Below, piece by piece: positions 20,054 through 28,579 of a stretch of DNA of 64,000 nucleotides (its first letter is position 1; every line of letters starts with the position of its first letter). The notes beneath the pieces are model-generated. The model was not told the DNA's origin and searched no databases. It was given only the letters and a program-made list of their open reading frames with translations. Source of the stretch: Longimicrobiales bacterium. Lineage in GTDB: Bacteria > Gemmatimonadota > Gemmatimonadetes > Longimicrobiales > Gaopeijiaceae. A program made the translations under genes and the position numbers. Location: NCBI GenBank assembly GCA_041690395.1, contig JAWLHJ010000004.1, positions 128,001-192,000 of the forward strand. Reading direction: 5' to 3'.

Positions 20054-23000
20054 TCAGGCGATGCCGACGGTCTCGAGCGCCTCTTCCAGCTTCACCCCGA
20101 CGATCGTGCTCACCCCCGGCTCCTCCATCGTCACGCCGTAGATCCAGTCGGCCGCCTCGATGGTGCGTGGGTTGTGCGTGATCACCACGAACTGCGTCTG
20201 GCCCTTGAAGTCCTGCAGCAGCCGGATGAAGCGTCCGATGTTGCTCTCATCGAGCGGCGCGTCGACCTCGTCGAGCACACAGAAGGGGCTCGGCTTGACG
20301 AGGTAGATGCCGAACAGCAGGGAGAGGGCCGTGAGCGCACGCTCTCCTCCTGAAAGCAGATCGATGCGCTGCGTCTTCTTCCCACGGGGCGAGGCGTGGA
20401 TGTCGATGGGCGACTCGAGCGGATCCTCGGGGTCCTCTAGGCGGATGTCCGCCTCGCCGCCCTCGAAGAGCCTCAAGAACGTCTGGCGGAAGTTCTCGCG
20501 GATCTGCTCGAAGGTCCCCTGGAAGAGATCGGTCGCGGTCTTGTTGATCTCCCGGATGGCCGCCCGGAGATCGTTCCGGGCCTCCACCAGGTCGTCACGC
20601 TGCCCCTGGAGGAACTCCAGCCGCTCGCTCTCCTCGGCGTGCTCCTCGACGGCCAGCATGTTGACCGGCCCGATCCGTTCGAGCGCCTCCACGATCTCCC
20701 GGAGCTCCCGCTGCAGCACTTCGGGCTCCCCCTCGACGTCATCGGCCTCGTCGAGGAGTGCCTCCAGCGGTCGGCTCCACTCGCCTTCCAATCGCTCGCG
20801 AATGCGCTCGACCCGCCCGTGAAGCTCCTGCCGCTCCAACTCGAGCTCGTGGCGACGATCCGACGAGGCCCGCTCCTTCGTCCGAGCCTCGCGCACGCGC
20901 CGCTCGGCCACCCGGAGCGCTTCGCTCACCTGCTGGAGCGCCTCGGTCCGTTCACGGACGGTCGCCTCGACGGTGGTGCGCTCGCCGAACAGCGCCTCCG
21001 TGCGTGCCTGCCCCTCCGCCTTGCGTGCCTGCAGAGCCTCGCGCTCACCCTTCAGCGACGTCTCCTCCTCGTCGAGGGCGCGCGTCCGCTCGGACGCCTG
21101 ACGTCGGCTCCGCTCCAGGGATTCGAGGCGCTCCGAGAGGCGCCGGAGATCGCCTTCGAGACGGGCGAGGTCGACCGCGACTCGGGCCTCTTCGGCACGC
21201 ACGGTCTCCCATCGCTCCTGGACGGTCTCGAGCACGGCCCGGGACGCCTCCCGCTCCTCCTCCACCCCGGACTCCTGCTGGAGCAGCGATTCCCGCTCCT
21301 CACGTGCGTCCTTCGAGCGGTCGATGGCACGCTGGCGCGCGGCGCGGGTCCCCTCGATCTGCCGAGAGAGCTCGTCGCGGAGCTTGTCCATCCGACCGTG
21401 CTGGTCGGCCTGGGCCTCGAGCTCCGCGTTCGCCTTGCGGTGGCCGTCCTCGGCGGCGCGCCAGGCCGTCCGCGCGGCTTCGACACGAGCTTCCGCGGCC
21501 GTGACCGCCTCCTGGGCCTCCTCGCGGCGGGACCGGAGCCCTACCTCGTCGGCGAGCGCCCGCTCGTGCTCGTCGCGAAGCACGCGCAACCGCTCCTTCC
21601 GCTCGAGGACGCCGGACGCTCCCTGGGGGTTGCCCATGCGGACCACACCACGATGAACAGTGACCGGAGTCTCGTCGCGGCTCGCACCTTCCACCTCGAC
21701 GCCAGCGAGCAGCGCTCGAACCCAAGCGCCGGCCTCCCCGGTCGTGTGGATCCGGTCGAGCAGTCCCCCGGAGGCAGCGCCCGCGTCGGGAATCCGGTCG
21801 AGCGGAAGCACGATGAGTCCTCCACCTTTCTTCCAGGTCGACGAGAACCAGTCCACGAGGCGGCGGACCGCCGCCCCGTCCCGCACGACCAGGGCGCGGG
21901 CCATCGAGCCCAGGAAGGCCTCGGCCGCGGCGACCGCGTCGGGGGGGCCCTCGATGGCGTCCGCCAGTGTGCCCAGCACGCCGTCGTCGCCGAGGTCGAG
22001 GGCGGCGCGTACCACGGGTTCCACGCCCTCCTGATCACGCTCCATCCGTTCCAGCGCTTCGACCCTGGCTCCGATCGAGGCCGCCCGGTCGACGGCCTCG
22101 CGCTCGGCCGTCCTGGCCTCGTCCAGCGCCGCTCGCGCCTCGTCGAGCTCGGAAACCCGCGTGTCGAGAGCCGCACGCGTCGACTCGACCTCGCGCTGGA
22201 GCTCGTCCAGCCTCCCCGAGAAGAGATCGCCCTGCGACGCGAGATCGGAGAGCTTCTCCGCGGTCGCGGCGAGCTCCTCGCGGGTCCGCAGGAGCCGCTT
22301 CTCGAGCTCCTCGGCCTGCTCCTCGGAGGCTTCGGCGTCTCCCTGGAGCTGGGCGCTGCGGCGTGCGATCTCCCGCGTGCGCGCCTCGGCCTGCTCCACC
22401 CGCTTCCGTGCTTCCGCGAGCTCGACACGCGCGCGCTCGGCCTCGGCCGAGCGGGTGGCCGCAACTTCGCGCAACTCCTCGAGTTGGACGACCACTTCGT
22501 CCCGCTCGGCCACGAGCTTGCCGGCCTCGGCTTCCATCGCCTCGGTGCTTTCGGCGGCAAGGCGCCGCTCTTCGTCGATCCGCTCGAGGCGGCGCTCGCC
22601 GTACGCCTCGCGCTCGGCCGCGACCGCGAGCTCACGCTCCCAGTGGACCAGCTGCTCCCGCACCCGCTCGAGCTCCTTGGCCGCTTCGGCCCGGGCCCGC
22701 TCGGCATCGACCTCCCGCACGCGCAGCGACTCGAATTCGGCCTCGGCGGTCCGCAGCTCGGCGACCATCCCCTCGCCGGTCATCTCGTCGCCCTCGAGCT
22801 CCTTCTCGACCTTGCCCAACCGCTCGGTGAGGGTCCGCAGCTGGTGGCGAACGACCGTCACCTCGACGTCGAGCCGCCGCTGGCGCAGCTCCATGAACCG
22901 CTGCGCCTTGCCTTTCTGGCGAGCGAGCGAGCGGACCTTGGTCTCGATCTCGGCGATCAGGTCCTCGAGACGCTGGAGGTCCATCTCCGCCCGCTCCAGG

Positions 23001-23539
23001 CGGCGGCTCGCGGCCTTCCGGCGATCCTTGTACTTCCCGATGCCGGACGCCTCCTCGAACAAGGCGCGACGCTCCTCCGCCCGGTCCGAGAGAATGGCGT
23101 CGATCATCTTGTTCTCGATGACCGAGTACGCGTTGGCACCCAGGCCGGTGTCCCGGCACAGGTCGACGACGTCCTTGAGGCGGCAGGACGAGCGGTTGAT
23201 CGAGTACTCGGAGCCCCCGTCCCGGAACACCTGGCGGCCGATCTCGACCTCCTCGAGCGGGATCGGGAGCGCCCCGTCCTCGTTGCTCACGACGAGGGAC
23301 ACCGACCCACGGTTCACCGGACGGCGACCCACGGTGCCCTGGAAGATGGCCTCCTCCATGCGGGATCCCCGGATCGCGGACGGCTTCTGCTCGCCCAGCA
23401 CCCACCGGATGGCGTCGCCGATATTCGACTTCCCACAACCGTTCGGGCCGACGACCGCCGTGATCCCGTCGTGGAACTCGACGGAGGTGCTATCGGCGAA
23501 GGACTTGAACCCGTGGACTTTCAGGGCACGGAGCTTCAT
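20054..23539 (-). CDS. smc: Chromosome segregation protein SMC
   Basis: GFKSF, GPNGCGKSN, long coiled coils, LSGGE, LDEVDAPLD, VITH. Confidence 0.97.
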   Translation of the reverse strand: MKLRALKVHGFKSFADSTSVEFHDGITAVVGPNGCGKSNIGDAIRWVLGEQKPSAIRGSRMEEAIFQGTVGRRPVNRGSVSLVVSNEDGALPIPLEEVEIGRQVFRDGGSEYSINRSSCRLKDVVDLCRDTGLGANAYSVIENKMIDAILSDRAEERRALFEEASGIGKYKDRRKAASRRLERAEMDLQRLEDLIAEIETKVRSLARQKGKAQRFMELRQRRLDVEVTVVRHQLRTLTERLGKVEKELEGDEMTGEGMVAELRTAEAEFESLRVREVDAERARAEAAKELERVREQLVHWERELAVAAEREAYGERRLERIDEERRLAAESTEAMEAEAGKLVAERDEVVVQLEELREVAATRSAEAERARVELAEARKRVEQAEARTREIARRSAQLQGDAEASEEQAEELEKRLLRTREELAATAEKLSDLASQGDLFSGRLDELQREVESTRAALDTRVSELDEARAALDEARTAEREAVDRAASIGARVEALERMERDQEGVEPVVRAALDLGDDGVLGTLADAIEGPPDAVAAAEAFLGSMARALVVRDGAAVRRLVDWFSSTWKKGGGLIVLPLDRIPDAGAASGGLLDRIHTTGEAGAWVRALLAGVEVEGASRDETPVTVHRGVVRMGNPQGASGVLERKERLRVLRDEHERALADEVGLRSRREEAQEAVTAAEARVEAARTAWRAAEDGHRKANAELEAQADQHGRMDKLRDELSRQIEGTRAARQRAIDRSKDAREERESLLQQESGVEEEREASRAVLETVQERWETVRAEEARVAVDLARLEGDLRRLSERLESLERSRRQASERTRALDEEETSLKGEREALQARKAEGQARTEALFGERTTVEATVRERTEALQQVSEALRVAERRVREARTKERASSDRRHELELERQELHGRVERIRERLEGEWSRPLEALLDEADDVEGEPEVLQRELREIVEALERIGPVNMLAVEEHAEESERLEFLQGQRDDLVEARNDLRAAIREINKTATDLFQGTFEQIRENFRQTFLRLFEGGEADIRLEDPEDPLESPIDIHASPRGKKTQRIDLLSGGERALTALSLLFGIYLVKPSPFCVLDEVDAPLDESNIGRFIRLLQDFKGQTQFVVITHNPRTIEAADWIYGVTMEEPGVSTIVGVKLEEALETVGIA

Positions 23540-23600
23540 CCCAGTTGTCCCGAGTCGGAGGCTCGTCGAACACCGAGCGTACCGGGGCGCCGCTGCGGCA

Positions 23601-24671
23601 CTATCTCAGCGCCCCCAGGACCACGAGAACGACCAGGATGAGCACGGCCAGCCCGACCCAGAGCAGCTTCCGACGGGCATCGGGATCCGCGCCGCCCTTC
23701 CGGCCGCGCCGCCTCGCGGGCGGGACGCCGGACACGGGATCGGCGGGCTCCGCCTCGGGTGCGTGCACGTGAGGCGCGCTCGACTCGGCTTCGACGGCGC
23801 GGCGGACCGACGCCTCGGCGGGGTCGCCCGTCGTCGCCTCGCTCTCTCCGGTGGGGGCCACGGTGAAGTCCATGGCAGCCTCGGCCTCGTCGGCGACCGG
23901 CTCGTCGCTCTCCGCCTCGGTCGAGCCCCATTCGCCGAGGCCTGCCAGCGCGGGGTCGTCCCATCCGGTGCCGGAGGGCTCCGGCAATCCGGCATCGGCG
24001 GGCACGTCCCTGTCTTCACCCCAGTCCGGATCCGACTCGGCCTCTACGTGCCTGGCGCCGACCCCCTCTTCGGGGGCGGGCTCCGCCCGGCCGGCACCGT
24101 CCACGCCGACCAGCACCCGGATCTTCCCCGCGGCGTCCCTTGCACTCGCAGGCACTCGCTCGGGCGAGTCGGTCAGGACGACGATGTCGTCCGCGCCCTC
24201 GATCAGCATCGCCTCGCCGACACACCCTTCCCGCAGGAAGACCACGAAGGTCACCCCCGCGTCCCGGAACCCGTCCTGCAGCCTCCCCCACCGAGCGCTC
24301 GTGATGACCTTCTCCGGATCGCCGGCCGGTGATCCGGCCGATACGAAGAAGAACGAGCGTCCCGGAACCGGCTGCGCGATCCGTGACACCGAAGCGCCGA
24401 AGAGGGCGGCATCGGCCACACCCTCGCCGGACTCGAGGCCGGCGCTACGGTGCAGCGTGGGATGTTCGAGCACGCAGTCCGCCACGACCACCCGATGCCC
24501 GGACTCTCCCCACGCATCGGCCATGCCTAGCGCCACATCGGCGGACCAACGCTCTCGGGATGCCGCCGCCGGAGCCAGAGCCACGACCACGCGTCCCCGC
24601 TCGGACGACTCGGGCGTCCACGGCGCACTACCGGCCGTGAACGGCTGCCATTCAGGAAGTTCGACGATCAA
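23601..24671 (-). CDS. Hypothetical protein: degenerate MinD/BY-kinase-like domain, acidic linker, C-terminal TM
   Basis: GHRVVVADC...PTLH...GEGVAD...FFVSAG resembles the CapB/Wzc/MinD core; no Walker A GK[ST]; terminal hydrophobic helix. Confidence 0.7.
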   Translation of the reverse strand: MIVELPEWQPFTAGSAPWTPESSERGRVVVALAPAAASRERWSADVALGMADAWGESGHRVVVADCVLEHPTLHRSAGLESGEGVADAALFGASVSRIAQPVPGRSFFFVSAGSPAGDPEKVITSARWGRLQDGFRDAGVTFVVFLREGCVGEAMLIEGADDIVVLTDSPERVPASARDAAGKIRVLVGVDGAGRAEPAPEEGVGARHVEAESDPDWGEDRDVPADAGLPEPSGTGWDDPALAGLGEWGSTEAESDEPVADEAEAAMDFTVAPTGESEATTGDPAEASVRRAVEAESSAPHVHAPEAEPADPVSGVPPARRRGRKGGADPDARRKLLWVGLAVLILVVLVVLGALR

Positions 24672-24701
24672 CGCTCGACGTTGGCTGGAGGGAAAGGCGT
24701 A

Positions 24702-24730
24702 ACATTAGGCGAGTCCTCCTGGTCCGGCAA
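24702..24730 (-). promoter_or_regulatory. Putative sigma70 promoter upstream of the hypothetical gene and smc
   Basis: TTGCCG-N17-TAATGT on the minus strand. Confidence 0.55.
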
Positions 24731-24750
24731 ACGGCGCGCCACGGCCCCGG

Positions 24751-25107
24751 TCACTCGGCCGGTGCGTCCCAGCGCGGGGCGTCTCCCCACAGGTTCTCGA
24801 GCTGGTAGAACGAGCGTGCCTGGGGGTGGAAGACATGGACGACGAAGTCGATGTAGTCCAGCAGAACCCAACGCCCGCCATTCATCCCCTCGACGTGCTC
24901 GGGCTTCACGTCCGCCTTCTTCAACTCCTCGACCACGTGCTCGGCGATGGCCTTCACCTGCACGTCGGAGTTGCCGCTGGCGATGACGAAGTAGTCCGTC
25001 GCGGACGAGATGCCCTTCAGGTCCAGCACCACCAGGTCGTGCGCCTTCCGCTCCAGGGCAAGAGCCACGGAACGGTTGACCTCCTCGGGGAAGTCGCGCG
25101 GCGTCAC
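24751..25107 (-). CDS. rsfS: Ribosome silencing factor RsfS
   Basis: KAHDLVVLDL, DYFVIASGNS, WVLLDY.DFVVHVF, FYQLENLW. Confidence 0.96.
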   Translation of the reverse strand: MTPRDFPEEVNRSVALALERKAHDLVVLDLKGISSATDYFVIASGNSDVQVKAIAEHVVEELKKADVKPEHVEGMNGGRWVLLDYIDFVVHVFHPQARSFYQLENLWGDAPRWDAPAE

Positions 25108-25130
25108 CGCCGCGTCGGCGCCGGTGCCGA

Positions 25131-25586
25131 TCAGCCTTCCTCCCGCTCCACCCGAATCTCGAGCTCGACCTCGACCTCGGGATGCAGGCGCACACCGACC
25201 GGGAAGACCCCGAGCGACTTGAGCGGCTCCTCCAATTGGATGGTGCGACGGTCGAGCTCGAAGTCGAGCTCGCCGGTGTTCGCGCGCTCGGCGATCTCGG
25301 CGGCGGTGACGGACCCGAACAGCTTGCCGTCTTCGCTGGCCTTCACCTCGAACGTCAGCGACAGGCCTTCGACCTGAGCCGCACGACGACGCGCCTCGAG
25401 GAAGTCGCGACGCGCGCGCTCCTCGGCCTTGGCCTGCTCCTCTTCGAGGCGCTTCATGTTCGCCTCGCTGGCGACGTACGCCAGGCCCTGCGGGAGCAGA
25501 TAGTTACGTCCATATCCGGGCTTCACCTGCACGACCGCACCGGCCTCGCCAAGGTTCGCCACGTCCTGCTTCAAAATGAGCTTCAT
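25131..25586 (-). CDS. rplI: 50S ribosomal protein bL9
   Basis: MKLILKQDVANLG, VKPGYGRNYLLP, GKLFGSVT. Confidence 0.97.
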   Translation of the reverse strand: MKLILKQDVANLGEAGAVVQVKPGYGRNYLLPQGLAYVASEANMKRLEEEQAKAEERARRDFLEARRRAAQVEGLSLTFEVKASEDGKLFGSVTAAEIAERANTGELDFELDRRTIQLEEPLKSLGVFPVGVRLHPEVEVELEIRVEREEG

Positions 25587-25608
25587 CGTTCCTCCGACGA
25601 TGGATCGT

Positions 25609-26553
25609 TCAGACGGTCGTCTCGCGCAACCGAGCGCGGACGTCCAGCCAGGTGTCTCCGATACCGACGACCATCGCGACGCCCACGACCACCGGAGCGG
25701 CCAGAACGAGCGAAATCGCGAGCAGCACGTAGCCGAACAGAGACAAGCCTCCACTGATGTACATGAACACGGCGGATCCACGGAGCGCGTACAGTGCACC
25801 CATGAACACGACGGCGTTCGATCCGACTCGGGCGACAGCGTCGCCCCAGCGGGTGACCACGAGGAGCAGCCCGGCGATCATGAGCCACACCAGATGATCG
25901 TTGAAGCGAAAGTTCCGTACCGGACCAATCGCCTGATCTCCTCCTCCTCCCAGACGCGTGTACAGCCACCACGCGACTGCCAGCCCCGACATCGAGGCGA
26001 TCCCCATCAGGGCGGGAAAGACATTCGTCTGAGCCCGCGCCGTCTGATGGATCGCCGTCGCCAGTGCGGGCGACACCGCCCCGTCACCGCGGAGCAGCTC
26101 GAACGCCTGGACCGTCGTCGCAACACCGGCCTCGACGGCATTCTGCACCGCGAAGTCGACAGTCTCCCAACCGCCCGCACGCAGTGCCAGGACCGCCCCG
26201 GCCGCCAACAGCGCGCCTCCGACCGAAGTCAGGAGACGGGCCGACAGCCGCCAATGGGGCGCAGCGAGCGTAACGCCCACGAACCATCCTCCGACGAGCA
26301 GCCCCCAGGCCCTCTCCATGAACCAGAAGCCGTCGCGCGTGCCGGACACCACCAGCACCATGGCGAGCACGGCGGCGATGAAGACACCCGGCCCACGAAC
26401 CCCCCTGAACCCCGCGATCACCAGGAACGGGATCGCGACGAGAACGCTCGGCTGCACGACGGACGCCGCCATCGTGACGCCGAAGAGTCCCGCGGCCCTC
26501 GGCCAACCCCGGCCAGTGGGCTCGCGCGACTCCGGGACGCCCTCCCGATCCAC
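25609..26553 (-). CDS. DUF2232/YybS-family membrane protein
   Basis: Multi-TM protein; FRFNDHLVW, GIGDTWLDVR; typical position between rpsR and rplI. Confidence 0.8.
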   Translation of the reverse strand: MDREGVPESREPTGRGWPRAAGLFGVTMAASVVQPSVLVAIPFLVIAGFRGVRGPGVFIAAVLAMVLVVSGTRDGFWFMERAWGLLVGGWFVGVTLAAPHWRLSARLLTSVGGALLAAGAVLALRAGGWETVDFAVQNAVEAGVATTVQAFELLRGDGAVSPALATAIHQTARAQTNVFPALMGIASMSGLAVAWWLYTRLGGGGDQAIGPVRNFRFNDHLVWLMIAGLLLVVTRWGDAVARVGSNAVVFMGALYALRGSAVFMYISGGLSLFGYVLLAISLVLAAPVVVGVAMVVGIGDTWLDVRARLRETTV

Positions 26554-26558
26554 CTTCC

Positions 26559-27182
26559 TCAGCCCTCGTGGCGCCGGGTGTAGGGGATGAGTGCCAGATA
26601 GCGCGCACGCTTCACGGCCCGCCCGAGCTGCCGCTGGAAGGCTGCGTTGACCTTGGTCGTGCGCTTCGGAAGGATCTTCCCCTGCTCCGTCAGGAAGCGC
26701 GCGAGCGTCGAGACGTCCTTGTAGTTCAGGAGCGTGATCGCGGGCCCTTCCATGCGCCGGCGCCGGCCGCCGCCACCCTGGAACTCGGGGGGCGAGCCGT
26801 CGTCGTCCTCGTCCTCTTCCTCTTCATCATCGTCGTCGTCCTCGTCACGCTCGACGTGATGCACCTCGGCCATGATCGACTGGCCGTTGGTGGGCTCGCC
26901 CTCGTTCAGGACGATCAGGTAGCGGAGGACCTCGCCGTCGAGCTTGACGATACGCTCGAACTCGGGCAGCGCGTCCGGGGCGGCGTTGAACTGCGCCACC
27001 ACGTAGTAGCCCTGGTTGAGCTTGTTGACGGGGTAGGCGAGCTGGCGGATGCCCCAGTGGTCGACGGAGGTCACTTCGCCGCCGTTGGCGGTCGCGAGCG
27101 CGTGGAACTTGTCGAGCTTCGCCGTCACGGCGCTCTCGTCGAGCGCCGGGTCGAGGATATACACAGCCTCGTAAAGCCGCAT
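26559..27182 (-). CDS. rpsF-rpsR: Fused 30S ribosomal proteins bS6-bS18
   Basis: aa 1-95 are bS6 (MRLYEAVYILDP, WGIRQLAYPV, VLRYLIV); D/E-rich linker; aa ~145-207 are bS18 (NYKDV..L.RFLTEQGKILPKRTT, QRQL..AVKRARYLALIPY); no stop between them. Confidence 0.93.
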   Translation of the reverse strand: MRLYEAVYILDPALDESAVTAKLDKFHALATANGGEVTSVDHWGIRQLAYPVNKLNQGYYVVAQFNAAPDALPEFERIVKLDGEVLRYLIVLNEGEPTNGQSIMAEVHHVERDEDDDDDEEEEDEDDDGSPPEFQGGGGRRRRMEGPAITLLNYKDVSTLARFLTEQGKILPKRTTKVNAAFQRQLGRAVKRARYLALIPYTRRHEG

Positions 27183-27361
27183 TTCGGTTTCCCTCGGTCC
27201 GTAGAAATGGTCACGGGCCCCGTCATGACTTGGATCCTCACTGCGGTGGAGGCTTCCGGACGGAGCGGGATTTCATTGTTTGCGCCGTTCTGGCGCTCCC
27301 GAAGCTAGCGCAACGGTTGGCGGGGCGGTAGGCGCGGAACCGCGTCAGCCCTGGCCTACGT

Positions 27362-28564
27362 TTACGTCGAGGCCTGGTGTAGCGCTTCGATGAGGGTCGG
27401 GTATCGCTCGAGACCCCACTTGAACTCGTCCACGGATATGCGCTCCCGGTTGGTGTGCGCGTAGTGCTCCTCCCCGGGCGCGAAGCCCATGGTCGGGATT
27501 CCGTGCACCCCACACGTCCAGCCGCCATCGGTGGCGAAGCGCCACGGGCGGATGCGAGCCGGTCGGTCGGCGTCGTCGCGCGTGCCCACGGCCGCCGCGG
27601 CCGCAACGATCGCCGGGTGATCGGGGTCCACCAGAAATCCGGGGCTGAACATGTCCCGAGACCGCTCGAACCCGGTGTAGGTCCGCTGATGGACCGAAGC
27701 GATCCGCACCTCCACGCCGCACCCTTCCGGTGCCTCGGGAATCCGGCCGCGCACGGCGCGCTGAAGGCGGGCCAGAAGCTCCTCGGGCGTGTCGTTCGGC
27801 AGCACCCGCCAGTCCACGGCGATGACCACCTGGTCCGGGATCACGTTCCGGGTCTCGGGGACGACGTCGATCATGGTCGCCACAGCCGTGGAGCCGCCCA
27901 GGAGCGCGTCGGTCGGCTGGTCGGCCTCGAGGTCGCGCACGGCGGCAAGAGCGTCCCCGACCAGGTCGAGAGCGTTCCTGGCTCGGGACGGCTCGCTCGC
28001 GTGCCCCGCCCTTCCCCGAATCACGATCTCGAGCTCCGCGCGTCCCCGGTGGCCGATGCACACGTCGCCGTGCGTGGCCTCGCCGATGACCACCCAGGCT
28101 GGCTCGAAGTCCCCGGACTCGAGCAGCACCTTCATGCCGAGGCCGCCCTGCTCCTCGAGCACCGTGTGCGCCACGATGACGTCTCCGGAGGCCCGCCCCG
28201 CCATGGCCGCGGCCGCGTACGTCTGCACCGCCAGCGGCCCCTTGATGTCCATCGCGCCCCGGCCGTGCAGATACCCATCCTCGACCACACCCGCAAACGG
28301 CGGGTGCTCCCACTCGGCGGGGTCGCCGGCCGCCACCATGTCGAGATGACAGGCGAGCATGACCGGCGGAGCGGCCCCGTTCCCCTTCACTACACCGATT
28401 ACGTTGCCGACGTCGTCGACCCGCACGTCACGAAGTCCCAACGCACGCATCTCGGCTTCGACGAGCTCGGCGACCCTCTGCTCGTCCCCCGGGAGCCCGG
28501 GCGTCTGGATGAGCCTCGACGCGAAGTCGAGCGCGTTCTCGAAGGAAGCTTCTTTGATGGTCAT
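27362..28564 (-). CDS. M20 family metallohydrolase (ArgE/DapE/YgeY-like)
   Basis: HLDMV, HGRGAMDIKG, EE, IGEAT, GRAGHAS, TDG, AHT.RE. Confidence 0.9.
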   Translation of the reverse strand: MTIKEASFENALDFASRLIQTPGLPGDEQRVAELVEAEMRALGLRDVRVDDVGNVIGVVKGNGAAPPVMLACHLDMVAAGDPAEWEHPPFAGVVEDGYLHGRGAMDIKGPLAVQTYAAAAMAGRASGDVIVAHTVLEEQGGLGMKVLLESGDFEPAWVVIGEATHGDVCIGHRGRAELEIVIRGRAGHASEPSRARNALDLVGDALAAVRDLEADQPTDALLGGSTAVATMIDVVPETRNVIPDQVVIAVDWRVLPNDTPEELLARLQRAVRGRIPEAPEGCGVEVRIASVHQRTYTGFERSRDMFSPGFLVDPDHPAIVAAAAAVGTRDDADRPARIRPWRFATDGGWTCGVHGIPTMGFAPGEEHYAHTNRERISVDEFKWGLERYPTLIEALHQAST

Positions 28565-28579
28565 GGGGCCCCCGAACGC

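Noticed and set aside
20639..23641. 1000-aa plus-strand ORF, and similar long ORFs at 55638-58730, 46203-48617 and 1768-4035
   Set aside because: Antisense shadows of smc, ccm, alaS/recA and the efflux genes. They are expected in high-GC coding DNA and show no recognisable motifs.
26559..26753. Independent rpsR gene starting at the internal ATG 26753
   Set aside because: In frame with bS6, with no upstream stop and no SD. Internal initiation cannot be fully excluded but is unsupported.
26800..26850. TCGTCC/TCTTCC-like short repeats here and at 31400-31510
   Set aside because: They are codons of Asp/Glu tracts (S6-S18 linker and bL25 tail), not CRISPR or DNA-level repeats.
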